This document shows, in pieces, positions 18,357 to 26,869 of a stretch of DNA of 32,000 nt. The notes under the pieces are model-generated. The model was given only the letters and a program-made list of their open reading frames with translations, had not been told where the DNA came from and made no database searches. Position 1 is the first letter of the stretch; each line of letters begins with the position of its first letter. The DNA is from Candidatus Saccharimonadota bacterium (GTDB lineage: Bacteria; Bacteroidota; Bacteroidia; Flavobacteriales; Blattabacteriaceae). The position numbers and the translations under genes are program-made. The stretch covers positions 554,066 through 586,065 of the forward strand of contig NZ_CP059216.1 in the NCBI RefSeq assembly GCF_014252315.1, written 5' to 3'.

Positions 18357-19280
18357 TTGAAAAAAAAATCTTCATTAACTATTTTAGGATGTAATTCTTC
18401 TATACCAACAAATAAACATCATCATTCTACTGCTCAAATTTTGGAAATGAAGGGATTCTATTTTCTTATTGATTGTGGAGAAGGTACTCAAATACAATTA
18501 AGAAGAGCAAAAATTAAATTTAATAATATAATACATATATTCATATCTCATTTACATGGTGATCATTTTTTTGGATTGATTGGTTTATTATCTACATTTC
18601 ATTTGCTAGGAAGAGAAAAATCGTTAATTATTTATGGACCAAAAGGATTAAAAGAAATTATAAATATTCATTTTAAATGGTCTTACACTAAACTAAGATA
18701 TTATATAACTTATATTGAACTTTATTCTGAAAAAAAAGAAAAAATTATGGAAAATGATAAAATAGAAATATTTTCTATTCCATTAAAACATAGAATTTAT
18801 ACTAATGGATTTCTTTTTAGAGAAAAAAAAAGTAATAGAAAACTAAATATAAAAGAAATAAAAAAAATACCTTCTATTAGAATAATAGATTATAAAGATA
18901 TTAAATTAGGAAAAGACATAAAAATAGAAAATGGAGAAATAATTCCTAATTCAAAATTAACATTTGATCCTCCAAAAATATTATCTTATGCATTTTGTTC
19001 AGATACATCTTATTATATTCCTATAATAGAACATATTAAAAATGTTGATTTGTTATATCACGAATCAACATTTTTAAGAATAGAGGAAAATAGAGCAATA
19101 AAAACTGGACATTCTACAGCTAGACAAGCTGCTTATATTGCTAAAAAAGCAAAAGTTAAAAAATTACTTTTAGGTCATTATTCAAACAGATTTCCTAATA
19201 TAAAAGAATTTGAGAAAGAAGCTAAAGAAATTTTTTCAAATACAGAAACATCTGAATCATTAAAAATATATTATTTGTAA
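18357..19280 (+). CDS. rnz: Ribonuclease Z (metallo-beta-lactamase fold)
   Basis: 307 aa. LTILGCNSSIPT, LIDCGEGTQIQL, HLHGDHFFGL, and C-terminal GHST / LGHYS. There is no nearby ATG. The start is TTG at 18357 (or ATT at 18348), 2 nt after the upstream stop. Confidence 0.85.
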   Translation: MKKKSSLTILGCNSSIPTNKHHHSTAQILEMKGFYFLIDCGEGTQIQLRRAKIKFNNIIHIFISHLHGDHFFGLIGLLSTFHLLGREKSLIIYGPKGLKEIINIHFKWSYTKLRYYITYIELYSEKKEKIMENDKIEIFSIPLKHRIYTNGFLFREKKSNRKLNIKEIKKIPSIRIIDYKDIKLGKDIKIENGEIIPNSKLTFDPPKILSYAFCSDTSYYIPIIEHIKNVDLLYHESTFLRIEENRAIKTGHSTARQAAYIAKKAKVKKLLLGHYSNRFPNIKEFEKEAKEIFSNTETSESLKIYYL

Positions 19281-19285
19281 TAATT

Positions 19286-19603
19286 TTATTTGTTTAATAC
19301 AAAAATATTTAATCTAGGAATTTTTTTTACACGATACCTTAATCTTTTAGATAATAACTTTCTATAAACTTTATATTTGGAGCATATTTTATTTACTAAT
19401 ATTTTTTCTGAATAAGGATAAATATTTATGTAAGCTTTTATTATATTCATATTATAATTAATATTAAGATAAACTAAGGTTACTAAAAAATTATTTTTAT
19501 TATAATTAATTTTAATTTCTTCGTTTAAAATTTCTGCTATTTCAACAAAAAAAATAGAATATATTTTTTCATTTTTAATAACATTTATTTTATTTTCGTT
19601 CAT
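19286..19603 (-). CDS. rbfA: Ribosome-binding factor A (divergent)
   Basis: 105 aa. The pattern ..EIAEILNEEIK......LVTLVYLNINYNMNIIKAYINIY.....YRKLLSKRLRYRVKKIPRLNIFV follows the RbfA layout (KH-like core, then ..R.R..PeL.F). The sequence is strongly AT-biased, hence moderate confidence. Confidence 0.65.
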   Translation of the reverse strand: MNENKINVIKNEKIYSIFFVEIAEILNEEIKINYNKNNFLVTLVYLNINYNMNIIKAYINIYPYSEKILVNKICSKYKVYRKLLSKRLRYRVKKIPRLNIFVLNK

Positions 19604-19719
19604 TTTTTATTGTTATATTTTATTTGATATTTTAATAGAAAATTTGTAATGAATATAATAATAATGTAAAATTGTAATAGTAAATTTATTCAAAAAAATA
19701 AAAATTATTTATTTAAATA

Positions 19720-19793
19720 GGTCTCATAGCTCAGTTGGTTAGAGCACCTGACTCATAATCAGGGAGTCGCTGGTTCAAGTCCAGCTGAGACCA
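19720..19793 (+). tRNA. tRNA with CAT anticodon (Ile2-lysidine-like or elongator Met)
   Basis: Hand-folded: acceptor GGTCTCA/TGAGACC, D arm GCTC-AGTTGGTTA-GAGC, anticodon arm CCTGA-CTCATAA-TCAGG, variable GAGTC, T arm GCTGG-TTCAAGT-CCAGC, discriminator A. No encoded CCA. Confidence 0.9.
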
Positions 19794-19811
19794 CTAAAAA
19801 GGTAAAATAAA

Positions 19812-19887
19812 TAACTGGAGAGGGATTCGAACCCACAACTTACAGTTTAGGAAACTGTTGTTCTATCCTAATTTGAACTATCCAGTT
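19812..19887 (-). tRNA. tRNA-Arg (anticodon CCT)
   Basis: The reverse complement folds as acceptor AACTGGA/TCCAGTT, D arm GTTC-AAATTAGGATA-GAAC, anticodon arm ACAGT-TTCCTAA-ACTGT (CCT), variable AAGTT, T arm GTGGG-TTCGAAT-CCCTC (one U.U mismatch), discriminator A. No encoded CCA. Confidence 0.85.
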
Positions 19888-20147
19888 GTTATATTCATTT
19901 CTATAATAGAAACAATTGATCTATTATTTTTTATTTTCTTAAATAAGACTAATCCATTTTTTAATGCATATAATGTATGATCCCTTCCAATTCCTACGTT
20001 TTTTCCAGGATGGAACTTAGTTCCTCTTTGACGAAGTATTATTTTTCCAGAAATGATACGTTGATTTCCATATATTTTTATACCTAATCTTCTTCCAGAA
20101 GAATCTCTTCCATTTCTAGAACTACCTGCACCTTTTTTTTGAGCCAT
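19878..20147 (-). CDS. rpmA: 50S ribosomal protein L27
   Basis: 89 aa. [25 protein letters not shown].....[27 protein letters not shown]. The last 10 nt, including the TAG stop, overlap the 5' end of tRNA-Arg. Confidence 0.95.
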   Translation of the reverse strand: MAQKKGAGSSRNGRDSSGRRLGIKIYGNQRIISGKIILRQRGTKFHPGKNVGIGRDHTLYALKNGLVLFKKIKNNRSIVSIIEMNITTG

Positions 20148-20155
20148 TTTTTATT

Positions 20156-20476
20156 TTATTTTTCTAAAAAAGAAATAATTTTAATTTTTGAAAAAATAGG
20201 TCTAAATCCATTTTTTTTCTTATACCCTTTTCTTCTTTTTTTCTTAAAAACAATAATTTTTTTTCCTTTTTTATGTTCTATAATTTCAACTTGAATTCTT
20301 ATTTCTTTCAAAAATGGAGTTCCTATTTTTATCATTCCATTTTTACAAAATAAAAGAACTTGATTAAAAATTAATTTTTCTCCCAATTTTTTTTCATAAA
20401 AAAATGGAACATATATATACTTTTTTTCAAAAAGTTTGAATTGCTTTCCTTTTATTTTAGCTATAGCATAGTTCAT
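20156..20476 (-). CDS. rplU: 50S ribosomal protein L21
   Basis: 106 aa. MNYAIAKIKGKQFKL... and the basic C-terminal KKKRRKGYKKKNGFRP. It lies immediately upstream of rpmA, the conserved pairing. Confidence 0.9.
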   Translation of the reverse strand: MNYAIAKIKGKQFKLFEKKYIYVPFFYEKKLGEKLIFNQVLLFCKNGMIKIGTPFLKEIRIQVEIIEHKKGKKIIVFKKKRRKGYKKKNGFRPIFSKIKIISFLEK

Positions 20477-20486
20477 AATTTTTTAT

Positions 20487-21725
20487 TTATTGTATTAATA
20501 ATTTCTTTACTTTCAATATACTTTTGAACAAATAATCTATTTCTTCAAAAGTATTATATATTGAAAAACTAATACGAATCATTCCTGGAACTTGAAAAAA
20601 ATCTACCAAAGGTTGAGCACAAAGATAACCTGTTCTAACTGCAATTCCTAATCTATCTAGAATAGACCCCACATCAAAACAATGTAAATTTTTTATATTA
20701 AAAGAGATAATACTAGATTTTTTTGATAAATTATTATTTTCTCCATATACATAAATTCCATCTACACTATTTAACATTTGTAATGCATATTTTATAAGTT
20801 CTTTTTTATAAGATTGCATACTAATCATACCAATTTCTTTTATAAAATCTATTGCTTCTCCCCAAACAAAAATTCCTTCTATATTTGGAGTTCCTGCTTC
20901 AAATTTAAATGGTAAATCTGAATAAATTGTTTTATATAATTTTACATTTTTAATCATTTCTCCTCCAAATTGATAAGGATAAAGATTTTTCAATATTTTT
21001 TTTTTACCGTATAATATTCCAATACCAGTTGGTCCATACATTTTATGTGCTGAAAATACATAAAAATCTACATCTAAATCTTGCATATTTAAACAAACAT
21101 TTGAAATAGCTTGCGCTCCATCTATTAATACTAATGCTCCAAATTCATGAGATTTATTTATAATATATTTAATAGGATTAATAATTCCTAGTACATTTGA
21201 AATATGACTAATTGAAACTATTTTTGTTTTTTTTGATAATATAGATTCAAATTTTTGTAAATCTAAATAACCACTTTTTTTATTAATAGGAATTATTTTT
21301 AATACAGATTTTTTTATTTTACAAATATTTTGCCATGGAACTATATTTGAATGATGTTCCATATGTGAAATTATTATTTCATCATTTTTTTTTATAAAAT
21401 GACTAATACTAGAAGCAACTAAATTAATAGATTCTGTAGTTCCTTTTGTAAATAAAATTTCTGATGAATATTTAGCTTTAATAAATTTTTGAATCTTTTC
21501 TCTTACATTTTCTACATAAAAAGTAGATTTTCTACTTAAAAAATGAGTTCCTCTATGAATATTAGAATTTATTCTTGAATAAAAGTATTGTGAAGCTTTT
21601 ATTACTCTTTTAGGTTTTTGAGTTGTTGCTGCGTTATCAATATATACTAACGGATTAGTATATATTTTTTCTTTTAAAATTGGAAATTGATTTCTAATTT
21701 CCTGTATTTCTTCTTTTGATAACAT
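20487..21725 (-). CDS. sufS: Cysteine desulfurase, SufS type
   Basis: 412 aa. FPIL...IYIDNAATTQKP, the PLP-lysine region FSAHKMYGPTGIG, and the active-site loop RTGYLCAQP. Confidence 0.92.
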   Translation of the reverse strand: MLSKEEIQEIRNQFPILKEKIYTNPLVYIDNAATTQKPKRVIKASQYFYSRINSNIHRGTHFLSRKSTFYVENVREKIQKFIKAKYSSEILFTKGTTESINLVASSISHFIKKNDEIIISHMEHHSNIVPWQNICKIKKSVLKIIPINKKSGYLDLQKFESILSKKTKIVSISHISNVLGIINPIKYIINKSHEFGALVLIDGAQAISNVCLNMQDLDVDFYVFSAHKMYGPTGIGILYGKKKILKNLYPYQFGGEMIKNVKLYKTIYSDLPFKFEAGTPNIEGIFVWGEAIDFIKEIGMISMQSYKKELIKYALQMLNSVDGIYVYGENNNLSKKSSIISFNIKNLHCFDVGSILDRLGIAVRTGYLCAQPLVDFFQVPGMIRISFSIYNTFEEIDYLFKSILKVKKLLIQ

Positions 21726-21734
21726 ATGTTTTTT

Positions 21735-23039
21735 CTATAAGAAATTATCTAGATAATTAGAAAGTTCTTTTTGAATATATTTTTTTAATTTTAAAGAATC
21801 AATATATTTAATTATATCATCTAAAAAAGATAATAATAATAAAATTTTACTTTCTTTTTCAGGAATTCCTCTTGATTTTAAATAAAATAATTCAGATTTA
21901 TGTATATTTCCTATAGTACATCCATGTGTACATCTTACATCTTTAGAATATATTTTTAACTGAGGTTTTGTATAAACATTTGATTTTTTAGATAAAATTA
22001 TATTATTATTTTTTTGAAATGCATTTATATTTTTTATATTTTTTTCAACTGTTATTTTACCATCAAAAATACTGTTAGAATTATCAAAAAGTATATTTTT
22101 ATATAACTGATAACTATTGGAATTAGATGACGAATGTTTCATAAATGTAGAATTATTTATAGAATCACTATCAGACAGAATAGATATTCCATATAAATAA
22201 GAACTAGTTTTTTTTCCAATAGAAAAAAAATTTAGATTATTTTTAATTTTTTTACAATAAAAAGAAAAAGTATAAACTTTGCATATACTTTTATTTTCTT
22301 GTTTAATAAAAGTATTATCTATAATGTATAATTTATTTAAATTATTTTGTAATTTATTATAAATTATTTTGCTGTAATCTAAACTGTAAATTTCATTTAC
22401 AGAATTAATAATAACATTATTTTCATCTAAACATTTATAATTTTCATTAATTTGAATGTTATTATTATTTCTTACTAAAATTAGTATTCTAGGATAAATA
22501 ATAGGATATATACCTGTAGAAATATGTATAATTTCTATATTTTTTTTTATTGATATATTGTTTACATCAATAAATACACCTTTCATTATTGAAAAAATAG
22601 TATTTAAGCTATAAAAAACATCATAATGATTATTATGTAATTTTCCATAAAAATCTTTAATTATATTATTATATTTATATGATGATATATTTTTTATATC
22701 AATATAATTATCTTTATTAGATAATTTTCTATTATATTTTCCATCTATGAAAATAGATAAATAAGAATCTTTTTTTTTAAAAATTGAAATAATTTTTTTT
22801 ATTTTTTGTTCTATTTTTTTTTTATCAATTTTATCTATTTTATGATATTTTTTATTAAAAACTGTATAAATATTATTATCATACCATTTCTTTATGAAAG
22901 GAGATTGATCATAAGTAAATCCATTTTTCATATATAAATCAATATGATACATTTGTAATAATGATAGATATGATTTATTATTTCTAATGGATGATTTTAT
23001 TTTATTTACCAGAAAATCTATTTTATTTTTTAATTTCAT
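21735..23039 (-). CDS. sufD: Fe-S cluster assembly protein SufD
   Basis: 434 aa. The call rests on position between sufC and sufS and on the C-terminal SufB/D-family beta-helix region (..KPQLKIYSKDVRCTHGCTIGNI....FYLKSRGI). Confidence 0.85.
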   Translation of the reverse strand: MKLKNKIDFLVNKIKSSIRNNKSYLSLLQMYHIDLYMKNGFTYDQSPFIKKWYDNNIYTVFNKKYHKIDKIDKKKIEQKIKKIISIFKKKDSYLSIFIDGKYNRKLSNKDNYIDIKNISSYKYNNIIKDFYGKLHNNHYDVFYSLNTIFSIMKGVFIDVNNISIKKNIEIIHISTGIYPIIYPRILILVRNNNNIQINENYKCLDENNVIINSVNEIYSLDYSKIIYNKLQNNLNKLYIIDNTFIKQENKSICKVYTFSFYCKKIKNNLNFFSIGKKTSSYLYGISILSDSDSINNSTFMKHSSSNSNSYQLYKNILFDNSNSIFDGKITVEKNIKNINAFQKNNNIILSKKSNVYTKPQLKIYSKDVRCTHGCTIGNIHKSELFYLKSRGIPEKESKILLLLSFLDDIIKYIDSLKLKKYIQKELSNYLDNFL

Positions 23040-23045
23040 TATTAA

Positions 23046-23792
23046 TTAATAATTGATCCATTCATATCCTTTCGATTCAATCATTTCTGCCAAATCTTTG
23101 TTTCCAGATTTTATTATTTTTCCTTTATATAATACATGTATAATATAATTTGAAGAAATATGATCTAATAATCTTTTATAATGAGTAATAATTAATACAG
23201 AATTTTTTTTAGTAATGAAATTATTAATTCCTTTTGATATTATACGTAAAGCATCAATATCTAATCCAGAATCAATTTCGTCTAAAATAGATAATACAGG
23301 ATTTAACATCATCATTTGAAGTATTTCATTTTTTTTTTTTTCTCCGCCTGAAAATCCATCATTTAAAAAACGATACATGAAACTATAATCTATATTTAAT
23401 AAAGAAAATACTTTTTTTATTTTATATAAAATATCTTTAGATGACATTTTATCCATATTTTTTGCTTTTCGTATTGAATTTATAGATGTTTTAATAAAAT
23501 TTATAATAGAAACACCTGGAATTTCTACTGGATTTTGAAAAGATAAAAATATACCTAAATGTGCTCTAGATTCGGGAGATAAATTTTTTAAATTTTTATT
23601 TAAAAAATTTATATCACCTCTTATAATAGAATATTCTTCTTTTCCAGCTATTACCCCAGCAAGAGTACTTTTACCAGAAGCATTAGGCCCCATAATAACA
23701 TGTACTTCTCCTAAATTAATTTTTATATTAATTCCTTTAAGAATTTTTTTTTCACCTACAGAAACATGTAAATTTTCTATATTTAATAACAT
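23046..23792 (-). CDS. sufC: Fe-S cluster assembly ATPase SufC
   Basis: 248 aa. Walker A GPNASGKSTL, signature FSGGEKKKNEILQ, Walker B ILDEIDSGLD. Confidence 0.95.
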   Translation of the reverse strand: MLLNIENLHVSVGEKKILKGINIKINLGEVHVIMGPNASGKSTLAGVIAGKEEYSIIRGDINFLNKNLKNLSPESRAHLGIFLSFQNPVEIPGVSIINFIKTSINSIRKAKNMDKMSSKDILYKIKKVFSLLNIDYSFMYRFLNDGFSGGEKKKNEILQMMMLNPVLSILDEIDSGLDIDALRIISKGINNFITKKNSVLIITHYKRLLDHISSNYIIHVLYKGKIIKSGNKDLAEMIESKGYEWINY

Positions 23793-23807
23793 ATTATCTC
23801 ATAATGT

Positions 23808-25268
23808 TTATCCAATAGATCCTTCTAATGAAATTTCTAATAATTTTTGAGCTTCTACAGCAAATTCCATAGGAAGCTTTTTTATAATATCACCACTAAA
23901 TCCATTTATTATTAAAGAAATAGAATTTTCTATATTAATACCTCTTTGATTACAATAAAAAATTTGATCTTTTCCTATTTTAGAAGTAGTAGCTTCATGT
24001 TCTATATGAGAATTAGGATTATTTACATTAATATATGGAAAAGTATGAGCTCCACATTTATCTCCTATAAGTAATGAATCACATTGAGAAAAATTCCTAG
24101 AATTATTTGCTTCAGAACAAATTTTTACTAATCCTCTATAACTATTTTGAGATTTTCCAGATGAAATACCTTTAGATATAATAGTACTTTTTGTATTATT
24201 TCCTATATGTATCATTTTTGTTCCAGTATCTGCTTGCTGAAAATTTTTAGTTAAAGCTAAAGAATAAAATTCTCCAATGGAAAAATCTCCTTTTAAAATA
24301 CATGATGGATATTTCCATGTAATAGATGATCCAGTTTCAACTTGTATCCAAGATATTTTAGATCTTTTTTCACATAATCCTCTTTTTGTAACAAAATTAA
24401 AAACACCTCCTATTCCATTTTTATCTCCTGGAAACCAATTTTGAACTGTAGAATATTTAACTTCAGAGTTTTCTAATGCAATAATTTCTACTACAGCAGC
24501 ATGTAATTGATTATTTTTTCTTTGTGGAGCAGTGCATCCTTCTAAATAGCTTACTTGAGAATATTTATCTGCTATAATTAAAGTTCTTTCAAATTGACCT
24601 GTACTACTTTCATTAATACGAAAATATGTAGATAATTCCATAGGACAACGCGTCCCTTTTGGGATATAACAAAAAGATCCATCTGAAAAAACTGCAGAAT
24701 TCAATGATGCATAAAAATTATCATTTTTTGAAACTACAGATCCTAAATATTTTTTAATAATATCTGGATGATTTATTATCGCATCATTAATAGAACAAAA
24801 TATTATACCTTGTTTTTTTAATTTTTTTTGAAATGTTGTAAATAAAGATGAAGAATCTAATACTACATCTGTAGCAACCATTTTTTTTTCTAATTTTTTT
24901 TCATTTTTTATAGTAACTCCTAGTTTCTCAAAAGAATTTACTATTTCATAATCTGATTTATCAAGATTTTCCAAATTTATTTTTTTTTTAGGAGCAGAAT
25001 AATAAATTATTTTATTAAAATCTGGAACTGAATAATTTATATTAGCCCATTTTGGAATTTTCATTTTTTTCCATATAGAAAAAGAATCTAACCGCCATTT
25101 CAACATCCAATTAGGTTCTTTTTTTTTTTCAGATATTTTTCTAACAACTTCTTCGTTTAACCCTGAAGATATTGTGTCTGATTCTATTGGTAAATAAAAT
25201 CCATATTTATATTCTTCTAAATTAGAAAAATTATATAACAAATTTTTATTTTCTTTTTTTTTTTTCAT
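23808..25268 (-). CDS. sufB: Fe-S cluster assembly protein SufB
   Basis: 486 aa. ...[23 protein letters not shown]..., [19 protein letters not shown], and GAHTFPYI are typical of SufB. Confidence 0.95.
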   Translation of the reverse strand: MKKKKENKNLLYNFSNLEEYKYGFYLPIESDTISSGLNEEVVRKISEKKKEPNWMLKWRLDSFSIWKKMKIPKWANINYSVPDFNKIIYYSAPKKKINLENLDKSDYEIVNSFEKLGVTIKNEKKLEKKMVATDVVLDSSSLFTTFQKKLKKQGIIFCSINDAIINHPDIIKKYLGSVVSKNDNFYASLNSAVFSDGSFCYIPKGTRCPMELSTYFRINESSTGQFERTLIIADKYSQVSYLEGCTAPQRKNNQLHAAVVEIIALENSEVKYSTVQNWFPGDKNGIGGVFNFVTKRGLCEKRSKISWIQVETGSSITWKYPSCILKGDFSIGEFYSLALTKNFQQADTGTKMIHIGNNTKSTIISKGISSGKSQNSYRGLVKICSEANNSRNFSQCDSLLIGDKCGAHTFPYINVNNPNSHIEHEATTSKIGKDQIFYCNQRGINIENSISLIINGFSGDIIKKLPMEFAVEAQKLLEISLEGSIG

Positions 25269-25277
25269 TGTTAATTT

Positions 25278-25610
25278 TTATAACGAAAAACTTTTTCCAC
25301 ATCCACAAGTATTTTTAGCATTAGGATTTTTAAAATAAAAACCTTTTCCATGTAATCCATCAGAATATTCTAAAGTTATTCCTTTTAAATAAGGAAGACT
25401 ATTTTTATCTATTAATATTTTTATTTTTTTATCTTGAAATAATTCATCTGCTTCTTTTCTTTTTTTATCAAAAGATAATTCATAAGACATTCCTCCTGAG
25501 CATCCTCCATTTTTTACTCCAAATCTAATAAAAGAAACATCATCTTTAATTCCCTCTTTTTTCATAAGAGAAATTAATTTAATTTTAGCTTTTTCAGATA
25601 TAAAAACCAT
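25278..25610 (-). CDS. sufA: HesB/IscA-family iron-sulfur cluster insertion (A-type carrier) protein
   Basis: 110 aa. GVKNGGCSG and the C-terminal CGCGKSF cysteine motif. It lies directly upstream of sufB. Confidence 0.85.
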   Translation of the reverse strand: MVFISEKAKIKLISLMKKEGIKDDVSFIRFGVKNGGCSGGMSYELSFDKKRKEADELFQDKKIKILIDKNSLPYLKGITLEYSDGLHGKGFYFKNPNAKNTCGCGKSFSL

Positions 25611-25781
25611 ATACTATATATTTTATTTATTTAATTATTAAGTAATAAAACAAAGATATCTATTATTTAACAATATAAAATAATCATTTGTATTTTAAAT
25701 AATTATACTAATATTTTATATTAATTTTTAATTATATATATTAGATTATACGTAATATGATATGTAATTTTGATTTAAAAT

Positions 25782-26636
25782 TTATTTTTTTAATGAAAAA
25801 AAAATTAAAAATAATCCAAATATAATAAATGGAATACTAAGGCATTGTCCTGTATTTAAATTATTTATTTTTATAAATTCTATTCCTTGTGGTTCTTTTA
25901 AAAATTCTATCAAAAAACGAAAACTCCAAATTAAAATAAAAAAAATTCCTGATAAAAATCCATTACATAATTTTTTTTTTTTATAAAAATACAAAAGAAA
26001 TAAAAATGTAAATAAATACGCTGTTGATTCATATATTTGTGTAGGATGTCTAGGAATTATTAGAGTTTCTATATTTGCTTTAAAAAATCTTACTCCCCAT
26101 GGTAAATAACATGGTTTTCCTATTATTTCAGAATTGAAAAAATTTCCTATTCTAATAAATACACCTGAAATAGACGATATAATACATAATCTATCACATA
26201 ACCAAAAAAAAGATTTATTTTTTAAAAATTTTTTTTTATATAAAAAACTAGATAAAATAACACCTATAATAGCTCCATGACTAGAAAATCCCCTATATCC
26301 AGAATATTCATATCCTTTTATTATTCCTAATAAATAATTATTTTTATTTTCTTTAATTGGAAAAAATATTTCTATACAATGATCATAAAAATATAAAAAA
26401 TCATAAAAAAAAACTTGACCTAATCTTGCTCCAATCAATGTTCCAAAAAATGTATATCTTAATAATGGATCTAAATATTCACAATTAATATTATCATTAT
26501 GATATATATATTTCATTATTAACCATCCCAATATAAAAGAAATGATAAACATTATACTATAAACATAAATAGGAAATTCTTTCCACAAATAAAATTTATA
26601 TATAGGATCCCAATCAATATATATTAGTAAATTCAT
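25782..26636 (-). CDS. lgt: Prolipoprotein diacylglyceryl transferase
   Basis: 284 aa and polytopic. GARLG, GFSSHGAIIG, and the signature RHPTQIYES. Confidence 0.9.
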   Translation of the reverse strand: MNLLIYIDWDPIYKFYLWKEFPIYVYSIMFIISFILGWLIMKYIYHNDNINCEYLDPLLRYTFFGTLIGARLGQVFFYDFLYFYDHCIEIFFPIKENKNNYLLGIIKGYEYSGYRGFSSHGAIIGVILSSFLYKKKFLKNKSFFWLCDRLCIISSISGVFIRIGNFFNSEIIGKPCYLPWGVRFFKANIETLIIPRHPTQIYESTAYLFTFLFLLYFYKKKKLCNGFLSGIFFILIWSFRFLIEFLKEPQGIEFIKINNLNTGQCLSIPFIIFGLFLIFFSLKK

Positions 26637-26650
26637 TAATAAATATATTT

Positions 26651-26869
26651 TTATTTAGGAGGATCATATCCATATCCACCCAAAGGATTACATTTCATAA
26701 TCCTTATAATAATCATAAAAATAGACTTAAATATTCCCCATTTTCTAATGGAAATAATTATATAATCTGAACATGTAGGCCTATATCTACAATTATTTCC
26801 TATATGAGGAGATATTATTATTTGATAAATTCTAATAATTTTTATTATAATAAAATCAATTAATTTCAT
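26651..26869 (-). CDS. yidD: Membrane protein insertion efficiency factor YidD
   Basis: YQIIISP.....CRYRPTCSDY......G and CNPLGGYGYDPP. The track start at 26875 is TTG. The ATG at rc 26867-26869 overlaps the TGA stop of the upstream aconitase (ATGA). Confidence 0.85.
   Translation of the reverse strand: MKLIDFIIIKIIRIYQIIISPHIGNNCRYRPTCSDYIIISIRKWGIFKSIFMIIIRIMKCNPLGGYGYDPPK

Noticed and set aside
16224-19280. The M14 carboxypeptidase, CPBP protease and RNase Z cluster considered as a possible peptide-processing or immunity system
   Set aside because: The genes are on different strands (peptidase minus, the others plus). Each matches a widespread housekeeping family with intact motifs. No precursor peptide, transporter or regulator is nearby. 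Adjacency is best explained by genome compaction.
26866-26868. Possibility of an alternative genetic code (TGA = Trp), as in some tiny endosymbiont genomes
   Set aside because: TGA sits at sensible C-terminal ends (acnA and the M14 peptidase). Every housekeeping protein translates at full length under the standard code, and Trp positions I checked use TGG. There is no evidence for recoding.
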